The position numbers and the translations under genes were made by a program. A stretch of DNA of 64,000 bases. Origin: a virus. Its lineage: Duplodnaviria; Caudoviricetes. Below the pieces are notes generated by a model. The model did not search any database. It was not told the DNA's origin and saw only the letters and a program-made list of their open reading frames with translations. Position 1 is the stretch's first letter, and each line of letters starts with the position of its first letter. This document shows positions 56,460 to 64,000 of the stretch, in pieces. The stretch spans positions 1,537 through 65,536 of the IMG/VR virus record IMGVR_UViG_3300022602_000004. One strand, written 5' to 3'.

Positions 56460-56543
56460 ATGCACTGGTTCAAGTTGGTATGTATTTTGATTTGGTTGTA
56501 TTTAGTAATCCACTTAGTAGTGGACTTTAATTTAATTAAGTAA
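56460..56543 (+). CDS. 27-aa hydrophobic peptide MHWFKLVCILIWLYLVIHLVVDFNLIK (not in ORF track)
   Basis: Preceded by AAGGAGAAGT; stop abuts the next RBS. Confidence 0.55.
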   Translation: MHWFKLVCILIWLYLVIHLVVDFNLIK

Positions 56544-56556
56544 AGGAGAAGTTGTT

Positions 56557-57471
56557 ATGAATGAACTAAAAATGCCTGAGCATTTAATCTCATTGGCGAG
56601 TAGTGCGGTGTTAATCAGCGTAGATATTTCTGTGTGGTCAGCAACGAAACAGGACAGAGGTATCAGCGATGAAGTTACTACGGCAAAGAACGCTGATAAA
56701 AGCGCGGGTCGGTATGTTAAGAATCTATTAGCTAATCACCCCTCGCATAAGGCAGTCGTGAACTATCGTCAAACCATCTATAACTGGCTTCAGCGTCGGA
56801 CTTATCGGTGGAATCAAAGCCAGCAGTTATTACCTAGTATTGATATGCCCAAGTTTAAGCAAGAGTATCACGAGCATCAAGTAGCGTTCCACGCATTAGT
56901 GGATTCGTTAATAGATAACTACGATTCAATCGTATCGGATATGGCTTTCAAACAAGGTGATATGTTTAACCGCAGTGACTATCCAACCAAAGAGCAAGTT
57001 GCATCTAAATTTAGTTTAAATCTGTATGTATCAGAAGTCCCGACCAATGACTTTCGTTGTGGTATAGCCCAAGATATTGCAGAGGACTTGTTCAACAACC
57101 TATCTTCACAAACTAAAACAATCATAGACAACATAGCTAGTGACCAAGCGCAACGGCTTGTCGATGTAATGGAGTCCATTACTCATTGTTGTGGTGTTGA
57201 TGAGATTGATTTGGAGAATGGCGAGGTGCGGACTAAGCGTCGCAAGATATACGACACGACGATACAGAAAGCATTAGAAATGTGCGAAAGTTTTAAGCGA
57301 TTTAATCTTAAGAATGATTCAGGATTAGAGCAAGCTCGTGCATCGCTAGAGAAAGTCTTGCGTGGTGTATCAGCAGAGGACATTCGTGATTCAGATGCAG
57401 TCCGTCATCATGTCAAAGAAGGTATTGATGACATTCTTAGTAAGTTCGGTAGTTTCAGTTCCATTGTCTAG
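56557..57471 (+). CDS. DUF3150-like protein
   Basis: LISVDISVWSATKQD N-terminus; upstream of an AAA/vWA pair. Confidence 0.55.
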   Translation: MNELKMPEHLISLASSAVLISVDISVWSATKQDRGISDEVTTAKNADKSAGRYVKNLLANHPSHKAVVNYRQTIYNWLQRRTYRWNQSQQLLPSIDMPKFKQEYHEHQVAFHALVDSLIDNYDSIVSDMAFKQGDMFNRSDYPTKEQVASKFSLNLYVSEVPTNDFRCGIAQDIAEDLFNNLSSQTKTIIDNIASDQAQRLVDVMESITHCCGVDEIDLENGEVRTKRRKIYDTTIQKALEMCESFKRFNLKNDSGLEQARASLEKVLRGVSAEDIRDSDAVRHHVKEGIDDILSKFGSFSSIV

Positions 57472-57554
57472 TGGATTCATAGGTAGTGCATGCACTAATA
57501 GACCAAGAGTGCATTTTTCAGTAGTTTATATTTTTAACCAAAGGAGAAGTAAAC

Positions 57555-58631
57555 ATGGCAACAAAAATCAATATGGTTCAAACAGTATCTATCAAGGAAT
57601 TGCGTAAAACCATTCCGCTAATAGGCTCATCACTCACACCAATCATACAGAGTGAACCTGGTTGTGGTAAGACCTCTCTCTTATCTATGATGCGTGAGGA
57701 TTTGGGAGAAGGTTATGACTATATCTATGTGGACTGTCCCGTAAAAGATATGTCCGACATCGGTATGACTATTCCCAACCATGCAACCAAGACTCTCGAA
57801 TACTATGTGAGTTCCCTATTCAAACTAGATAGTCCGAAACCTAAAGTCATTCTGCTCGACGAGTTCATGAAGTCACCCAAGTTATTGCAAGTAATCTTTA
57901 CTCGCTTGATGTTGGAAAGAATGGTAGGTGATGTTCCACTACCTAGTGGGTCGATAGTTTTCGGCACAAGTAACAATGCGTCAGACGGCGTTGGTGATAC
58001 GATGCTTGCTCATGCTGGTAATCGTGTGTGCATTATGCGTATGGCAAAACCAACACCGAACGAATGGTTGGAGTGGGCATCAGCTAATGGTATTTCTCGT
58101 GTTGTTCGTGCGTTCGTGGCATTGTTCCCTCGCACCCTCGCTTCATATACTGAGGGCAACCAAGAGGACAACCCATATATCTTTAAACCAAGCATGACTA
58201 GTTTATCTTTCTGCTCACCTCGTTCGCTTGCCAAGTGTGATGTCATTGTTAAGAATCGGGACATACTAGGTGAGAACGCTACGGCGGTGGCATTGGCTGG
58301 CACGATCGGTGCTAGTGCGTCTGCGGATATGAGTGCGTTCCTATCGCTAGAGAAAACCCTTCTTGATGTGAAAGACATTATCAAATCACCAGATAGCATT
58401 AAAGTTCCCGAAGAAGTATCAGCACAGTTAATGATTATGTTCCAAGCAGTCGATGTTCTAGAAACGCAAGACGAGTTGACTAAGTTCATGTCATTCGTCA
58501 ATAAGATTCCTAGTTCAGAAGTTCAATCAGTATTCTTTACCATGATGATGCGTAATAGTAAGTCCATCAAACTTGCTCGCAATAATATGCAGATTGCAGA
58601 GTGGGCTAAGAATAATCACGAGTTGTTTTAA
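57555..58631 (+). CDS. MoxR/dynein-related AAA+ ATPase
   Basis: EPGCGKTS, ILLDE, GTSN, NR, SPRS. Confidence 0.85.
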   Translation: MATKINMVQTVSIKELRKTIPLIGSSLTPIIQSEPGCGKTSLLSMMREDLGEGYDYIYVDCPVKDMSDIGMTIPNHATKTLEYYVSSLFKLDSPKPKVILLDEFMKSPKLLQVIFTRLMLERMVGDVPLPSGSIVFGTSNNASDGVGDTMLAHAGNRVCIMRMAKPTPNEWLEWASANGISRVVRAFVALFPRTLASYTEGNQEDNPYIFKPSMTSLSFCSPRSLAKCDVIVKNRDILGENATAVALAGTIGASASADMSAFLSLEKTLLDVKDIIKSPDSIKVPEEVSAQLMIMFQAVDVLETQDELTKFMSFVNKIPSSEVQSVFFTMMMRNSKSIKLARNNMQIAEWAKNNHELF

Positions 58632-58650
58632 TTAACCAAAGGAGAAGTGC

Positions 58651-58857
58651 ATGACACTAGAAATAACTTATAGCGAAATGTTTTTAATTATGTGGGCGGT
58701 GGGTATGACCCTCATGTATTTAATTACTAGGTCTAATGCGGAAGACTTTAGAAAGCACACCCTCGCCAAGCTGATGCAAGTATATAAAGGTGAAGCGAGG
58801 ATTGTCTTTGAAGAAACCGATGAAGGCTACCATATATCAATCGTAAACAAGGAGTAA
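58651..58857 (+). CDS. Small membrane protein
   Basis: N-terminal TM helix; RBS AAGGAGAAGT. Confidence 0.65.
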   Translation: MTLEITYSEMFLIMWAVGMTLMYLITRSNAEDFRKHTLAKLMQVYKGEARIVFEETDEGYHISIVNKE

Positions 58858-58860
58858 TAA

Positions 58861-60153
58861 ATGATTGCAAATAACAGACAGGAAGTCCGCTTGAAGAAAG
58901 CGCATATTGCCCTGATGAAACACCCTGAGACTGCGTTGTATTCGGGAGTGATGCTCATGGGTAAGTCAGAGGTAAGCGACGAGATGTTTACAGCATATAC
59001 AGATGGTGTGAATAAGAGATACTCTAAGCCATTCCTCGAGACAATCAGTAGTGAATCTAAGTTGCGTGGCTTAGTGTTGCATGAGAATCTTCATGTGGCA
59101 TTAAAGCAAATCCCTCGTGGTAAGGATATGTTCAAGGAAGATTCTAAGATTGCAAACATGGCGGCGGATTTTGTAGTCAATGACATTATCGCTAACATCA
59201 AAGGAACAGTAAGCGGTGGAAATGAATCTATCGTGACCTTGCCCGAAGGTGCGTTGTATGACCCTTTCTTTCATAACTGGAATATGCGTGAGATATATAA
59301 CTATATCCGTAAAGAGAATCCTCAACGACAAAAACAATCAGGTGGCTCATCAGATGAATCTAACAGTCCATCAGAGAGTGGAACGCAAGGTAGCGGTGGT
59401 GATAACAAGATCAAAGCTAACGGCAAAGAGTATGACATGGGCGGTAGCGGATTCGATGAGCATGATTGGGAAAGCTATATCGAAGGACTATCAGACGAAG
59501 AACGCAAAGACTTGGGTGACAAGATAGACAGAGCGTTGCGTGAAGGTGGTATGTTGGCTGGTCGCATGGGCGGTAAGATGCCACGAGCAATCGGTGAACT
59601 ACTTGAACCCAAGATTGACTGGCGGGAAGCGTTGCGTGACTTTGTAGCATCGAGCATGAAAGGCAAAGATGAATTTACTTGGCGACGCATGAACAAGCGA
59701 CACATGGCTAATGACATCTATATGCCAAGCATGGAGAATGAAACTATCGGCGAGGTCATCGTAGCTATTGATACATCGGGGTCGATTGGTGGCAAAGAAC
59801 TTACAGAGTTTGCGACAGAACTGGCTTCAATCTGTGACCTAGCGTCGCCTGATGTGGTAAGAATTATATGGTGGGATGCTGATGTGCATGGTGAGCAAGT
59901 ATTCAAACCTGACCAATATCAGAACATCGCATCGCTATTAAAACCATTAGGCGGTGGTGGCACTAGGGTATCGTGCGTAAGCAAATACATCAATGAGAAG
60001 AAACTTAGCGCAGAAGCAGTCATCGTGTTTACCGACGGCTATGTTGAACATGACATTGAATGGAATATCGTTCCACCTACCCTGTGGATGATTACTCAGA
60101 ATCGAAACCTTGATGTGCCTGTCGGTAAAAAGGTTATGTTCGGAGATAACTAA
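58861..60153 (+). CDS. DUF2201-like metallopeptidase-vWA protein
   Basis: TAYTDG, LHENLH (HExxH), IDTSGS MIDAS, GGGT, FTDG. Confidence 0.88.
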   Translation: MIANNRQEVRLKKAHIALMKHPETALYSGVMLMGKSEVSDEMFTAYTDGVNKRYSKPFLETISSESKLRGLVLHENLHVALKQIPRGKDMFKEDSKIANMAADFVVNDIIANIKGTVSGGNESIVTLPEGALYDPFFHNWNMREIYNYIRKENPQRQKQSGGSSDESNSPSESGTQGSGGDNKIKANGKEYDMGGSGFDEHDWESYIEGLSDEERKDLGDKIDRALREGGMLAGRMGGKMPRAIGELLEPKIDWREALRDFVASSMKGKDEFTWRRMNKRHMANDIYMPSMENETIGEVIVAIDTSGSIGGKELTEFATELASICDLASPDVVRIIWWDADVHGEQVFKPDQYQNIASLLKPLGGGGTRVSCVSKYINEKKLSAEAVIVFTDGYVEHDIEWNIVPPTLWMITQNRNLDVPVGKKVMFGDN

Positions 60154-60344
60154 TGGGTGACGGCGGACTAGCTAGAATCAGAAACGACTTAGTAAATGAA
60201 CTAATAAAACATTATGGGAAAGGAGCGTATACATGTGCAGTAGAAAGAATGTCTGCCTATGAGGGCGATGAACTCATGATAGATATGTGGCGAAAAGTAG
60301 TAGAAGAAATTGATGAACATTTTAAACAAGGAGAAGTGAAATGA
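60153..60344 (+). CDS. Early hypothetical protein
   Basis: Coupled ORF, RBS GGAG. Confidence 0.6.
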   Translation: MGDGGLARIRNDLVNELIKHYGKGAYTCAVERMSAYEGDELMIDMWRKVVEEIDEHFKQGEVK

Positions 60345-61354
60345 AAGCATTAGAATGGGATAGACTTACTAACATCAGTAAGACAGTAAAGCCTTATCGT
60401 GGGACTACAAATCGTTTTCCTATCGACAAGAGAACTCACAATACAAAGTGTTTCTATGTTGAAGAACGCAACGGCGAGCAAGTGTATGTGATTACCTACG
60501 GCTTTAGACACAACGAGCATTACCATACGAAAGCAGAGTATGAAGCAAACCCATCTAGGATTCATCACAGACAATGGGAAGAAGACGAAACTAAAAAGTA
60601 TGTAACCTACTCACCTGTGCCTAGAGAGTTGGGCATAGTGCGTTCCGACAATACCTTTGAGTTTACTGCGCCTTACTATGGGCAAGGAGATAATCAGATC
60701 ATGAGTATGTGGAGTCGTGGTTACTTTTCTAGGAGTTCACGACATGGTGGAATGGTATATGGCGAAAGAGGTAGTCTTTTTCATCCGATCTTTAAAGGTA
60801 TGCGATTAAACTGCAACACCATGATGCCAGCAGAAGGTAGCGAATACAAAGTTGTTGGTAAGCGAGTCAGTCGTAAAGATGCTAAAGAGTTTCTTAGCGG
60901 ATACGATGATTTCTACAAGGTCAATGAGGTTATGTTCAAAGCGATGGAATATAAAAACTTTATGGATACTGTCGCCGATGTTGCTGAACAAGTTAATGCA
61001 AAATTTGACTCGTGGTGTTTAGATTCTGATGTAAGGAGAAACCTATACAAGTTCTTTGAAGATAACAAAGATACTGCGCCGTTGGATGCGTGTTGTGCGT
61101 TCGTTCTTGCTGATGATATACAGAGTATGTATCGTCGTGTGCGAGAGCATGTAAAACAACAAGCAAGCTATCGCATGGAAGACTTAGAGTTGCAGAATTT
61201 ATTTGACAATGTCAAGCGCAGACTCAACAAAGAGTTGTATCGTAAAAATCCACAATGTATGAAACTAACAGAGTATACCCCCTATCAGTATTACGCACCT
61301 AGCGAGTGGGGTGTTGAAGTGTATGTTAATGGTAACGAAGTTGAACAATACTAA
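60341..61354 (+). CDS. Early hypothetical protein (337 aa)
   Basis: Long ORF, RBS AAGGAGAAGT. Confidence 0.8.
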   Translation: MKALEWDRLTNISKTVKPYRGTTNRFPIDKRTHNTKCFYVEERNGEQVYVITYGFRHNEHYHTKAEYEANPSRIHHRQWEEDETKKYVTYSPVPRELGIVRSDNTFEFTAPYYGQGDNQIMSMWSRGYFSRSSRHGGMVYGERGSLFHPIFKGMRLNCNTMMPAEGSEYKVVGKRVSRKDAKEFLSGYDDFYKVNEVMFKAMEYKNFMDTVADVAEQVNAKFDSWCLDSDVRRNLYKFFEDNKDTAPLDACCAFVLADDIQSMYRRVREHVKQQASYRMEDLELQNLFDNVKRRLNKELYRKNPQCMKLTEYTPYQYYAPSEWGVEVYVNGNEVEQY

Positions 61355-61364
61355 GGAGAAGTAA

Positions 61365-62303
61365 ATGAGCTATATCGTAGATGGTTTTAAGACCGAAGAA
61401 CTGGCTTCAAAAATAGATGCGTCACCATGTAAGAAACTAATACAAGAACTGAACTTCAAGTATGGACTCAAGGTGATTGACTCTAGACCACTTCAAAACT
61501 GGGGTGCGGATAATGTAGAGTTTTATTTAACCGAATCGACTGGTGCTTTTGTTGCTGGTCGTGTGTGGACATACAAGGAAGATGGAAACATTATCTATAA
61601 CTTTCGCACACCATTCTACCGAAAGGACAGAGGGTCGGACAATGCAGATAGAGAAACAATCCATAGCAAGAAACTTTCTACATTGATGGCTACATTAAAA
61701 CGGCAAGATGTTGTTCCATCATTGGGTGGAATGTTAAAGAGTCGGCATCAAGATTCTTTTGAGAACGCAGTCAACAGTCTAGAATCTCATCATGGTAATA
61801 CTTATAAGCGTGTCGAGTTAGAACCCGATGAACTTCATGCGTTGTTGCGTAAAGCCATCATAGGTGTAAATACTAGTAACCTAGATATAAATAAATGTAA
61901 AGAACTTCTTGACAAATACGATAAGATAGATAGAATCAAAGATGAAAGAGCTAAGGATGTTGAAAGATTTTTTGGCGGTGGCTTTCATGCGGTAGGCGCA
62001 GACAAGCTAGGTCATTTAGTCATCGGCACTCTAAAGCGTATTGACTCTAGTAAGTATGAAATTATCAATCCATTCAAGCGTGTAAAGGATTTATCAGAGC
62101 ATGAGGAATTACAACCAATTATGCTAATGCAAAAAACAATTTTCCAAGATAGATTTACGACAGGCGAGACAGGCAAGCTACATTCAAACTATGTGCCAGT
62201 ATCTAATCAATATATGGCAGACCTTGATATTGCCTACTGTGCGGTGCGTGGTATTGATTACTTTGACCTTGCTTGGATTCTTGTCCCATGCTCGACAAAC
62301 TAA
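61365..62303 (+). CDS. Early hypothetical protein (312 aa)
   Basis: Long ORF, RBS AAGGAGAAGT. Confidence 0.8.
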   Translation: MSYIVDGFKTEELASKIDASPCKKLIQELNFKYGLKVIDSRPLQNWGADNVEFYLTESTGAFVAGRVWTYKEDGNIIYNFRTPFYRKDRGSDNADRETIHSKKLSTLMATLKRQDVVPSLGGMLKSRHQDSFENAVNSLESHHGNTYKRVELEPDELHALLRKAIIGVNTSNLDINKCKELLDKYDKIDRIKDERAKDVERFFGGGFHAVGADKLGHLVIGTLKRIDSSKYEIINPFKRVKDLSEHEELQPIMLMQKTIFQDRFTTGETGKLHSNYVPVSNQYMADLDIAYCAVRGIDYFDLAWILVPCSTN

Positions 62304-62623
62304 GCCCAATCGTGCATCAATATAACTGGGACTTGTATCGTGTGCCTTTGCGTAAGGTAGGAAATAAATACACGATGTATGTGGCTGATGGATTTACTCG
62401 GGAATTTGATGAACATACATTACCCGATGAAGTCAAAACCAAGATGGCTATGATACTGTCAAGGCATGGAATTATAGAACGAGACGAGCAATTAACCCCG
62501 TTAGCGTTGATGGAAACAGTAAGAGATTCAGAGTTGCAAGAGATAGGGTGGCGAGCAAGCGACAGTTATTTTATTGTAGTGTTACCTTATTCGTCGTTAA
62601 TGAAACTAAAAGGAGAAGCGTGA
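62288..62623 (+). CDS. Early hypothetical protein
   Basis: ORF overlapping both neighbours; start uncertain (62273 or 62288). Confidence 0.65.
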   Translation: MLDKLSPIVHQYNWDLYRVPLRKVGNKYTMYVADGFTREFDEHTLPDEVKTKMAMILSRHGIIERDEQLTPLALMETVRDSELQEIGWRASDSYFIVVLPYSSLMKLKGEA

Positions 62624-62910
62624 TGGCACAAACCCCCGAAGGGAAAGTGAAGGATAAGGTTAAGAAGATACTCAAAGAGCAAAACATATACTATGTGATG
62701 CCAGCGACAGGCGGTTATGGTAGTAGCGGTGCGCCTGATTTCCTAGTGTGTCATAAAGGAAAGTTTTTTGGTATAGAGTGTAAAGCTGGAGATAACCAAC
62801 CGACTGCGTTGCAAACTGACAACATGAACTGGCTTGAAGATAACGGCGGAACTGCTATTGTCGTAAATGAGAATACAGTTATGCCTTACATGGAGTTGTA
62901 TTTTAAATAA
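62623..62910 (+). CDS. VRR-NUC domain nuclease (resolvase-like)
   Basis: TPEGKVK, GAPDF, IECKA, PTALQ, GG.AIVVN; start follows AAGGAGAAG. Confidence 0.88.
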   Translation: MAQTPEGKVKDKVKKILKEQNIYYVMPATGGYGSSGAPDFLVCHKGKFFGIECKAGDNQPTALQTDNMNWLEDNGGTAIVVNENTVMPYMELYFK

Positions 62911-62922
62911 AGGAGAAGTGAA

Positions 62923-63129
62923 ATGAGATTATATCCACGCAGGTATCAAGTAGTAGAACCAGTAGTAAAAGAACCTGAGAAACCAAAGCTAACCGATAAA
63001 GGTTCTAAGTTTGTTTGGACTAAAGGCGCTGATGTTATGAAGACTTTTAGACGACATGGATTTGTCCCGCCATCAGAGTATCGCAACGACTACTTGTTCA
63101 AAAAGAATCGAGAACTAACCAATGAATGA
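62923..63129 (+). CDS. Hypothetical protein
   Basis: RBS AAGGAGAAGT; DVMKTFRRHGFVPPSE. Confidence 0.7.
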   Translation: MRLYPRRYQVVEPVVKEPEKPKLTDKGSKFVWTKGADVMKTFRRHGFVPPSEYRNDYLFKKNRELTNE

Positions 63130-63310
63130 GAATGATTTACGAGATTGTTTTGCGATGATGCTAACTGTTGGTTTTGCCATGAAAGGTGAAATAAACCCAA
63201 AAGCAATATGGGAAATAGCAGATATGATCGTTGAAGCAAGAAAACCGCCCGACATGGGCATAACCGCAGTAAAACCTAAAAGGAGAAGTAAAGATGGCAA
63301 AGCAAGCTGA
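63122..63310 (+). CDS. Hypothetical protein
   Basis: LRDCFAM...AWEIAD-type phage motif (IWEIADMIVEAR). Confidence 0.65.
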   Translation: MNENDLRDCFAMMLTVGFAMKGEINPKAIWEIADMIVEARKPPDMGITAVKPKRRSKDGKAS

Positions 63311-63512
63311 CAATGTAAACAGTCCAGCACACTACACTACTGGTGGAATTGAAACCATAGACTTTATCGAAGCGAAAAACTTAGGTTATAACTTAGGTAA
63401 TGTCGTCAAATATGTTTCTAGGGCACACTACAAAGGTAGAAAGATTGAAGACTTAAAGAAAGCTGAGTGGTATCTAAAGCGTGAGATAGCTATACTAGAG
63501 AAACTATCATGA
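63294..63512 (+). CDS. DUF3310 (T7 gp1.7 / SaV-like) protein
   Basis: DNVNSPAHY, IETIDFI, GNVVKYVSR, EDLKKAEWYL. Confidence 0.88.
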   Translation: MAKQADNVNSPAHYTTGGIETIDFIEAKNLGYNLGNVVKYVSRAHYKGRKIEDLKKAEWYLKREIAILEKLS

Positions 63513-63751
63513 ACAATGAACCAGTAGCATGGAAAGCATACGATGAAGTGCATTTTAGTGACCAATACATCTTGCGTTGGGTGCGTGAAGGTGACGAGTA
63601 TGTAAACCGTATTGGCAAAGAGATGATGGAAGACTTGCATACCGTAGTGCGTCAGCAAAAAGCTGAAATAGAATTATTAAATGCAAAGCTGGCTTATATG
63701 TTTGAGCAAGAGATTAAAAGTGCAATACTAAGAAAGGCACAAGAGAAATGA
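63509..63751 (+). CDS. Hypothetical protein (EPVAW...RQQKAEIE family)
   Basis: ATGA-coupled ORF. Confidence 0.7.
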   Translation: MNNEPVAWKAYDEVHFSDQYILRWVREGDEYVNRIGKEMMEDLHTVVRQQKAEIELLNAKLAYMFEQEIKSAILRKAQEK

Positions 63752-64000
63752 ATGCAAAACAAATAGCTGATGAATTGGAAAACATTTATTGGATACAGGG
63801 CGATGGAAAAGGCAAACCATTTCAGCAATATGCAGACTTTGTACGCCAGCAACAAGCTGAAATAGAGGAGTTAAAAACCTGTTTAATTGTCGAACAGGAA
63901 CACAACGAGCTTATGGTAGAAGACCGAAGCAAGTACGAAGCACTAGCACACGCTGGTGGTGTTGAAGTGGGTAAAGAACTAAAGACACTAACAGATGAGG
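63748..64000 (+). CDS. Hypothetical protein, partial (RQQQAEIE family)
   Basis: MNAKQIADELE...; runs off the window end. Confidence 0.6.
   Translation, partial: MNAKQIADELENIYWIQGDGKGKPFQQYADFVRQQQAEIEELKTCLIVEQEHNELMVEDRSKYEALAHAGGVEVGKELKTLTDE

Noticed and set aside
1-64000. tRNA genes, integrase, reverse transcriptase/DGR, introns/inteins, stop-codon recoding
   Set aside because: No cloverleaf or catalytic motifs recognised by eye; core genes are intact and tightly packed in the standard code. tRNAscan and HMM searches would be needed to exclude them fully.

Overview
The window is most of a circularly permuted genome of a tailed dsDNA phage with podovirus-like gene content. The host is probably a freshwater Betaproteobacterium (inference). 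Layout: (1) 1-9.3 kb, + strand replication module: family A DNA polymerase C-terminus, Cas4/RecB-like nuclease, HNH, SNF2 helicase, SSB-like protein, primase-helicase. (2) 9.3-52.9 kb, - strand virion, lysis and packaging module: ejection proteins, tail, GH19 endolysin, many small basic proteins, Mu-gpT-like capsid, GroES, portal, terminase. It is interrupted by a 3.5 kb + strand TPR/glycosyltransferase/methyltransferase cassette. (3) 52.9-64 kb, putative genome end, iteron-like origin and + strand early genes, including a DUF3150-like/AAA/vWA-peptidase triad. The best lead is a structured ~150-nt RNA (2849-3001) carrying ACTTCTCCTT, the exact complement of an extended ribosome-binding motif AAGGAGAAG(T) found before ten early genes, which suggests a phage sRNA that switches off early translation. 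Other strong signals: a repeated GTTCCACG-NNN-TAGTGGA site and apparent absence of several restriction tetramers confined to the early region, a double-pseudoknot RNA, leaderless promoters, and a shared x-x-G-G motif in many virion proteins. All calls come from reading motifs by eye; no database searches were run.
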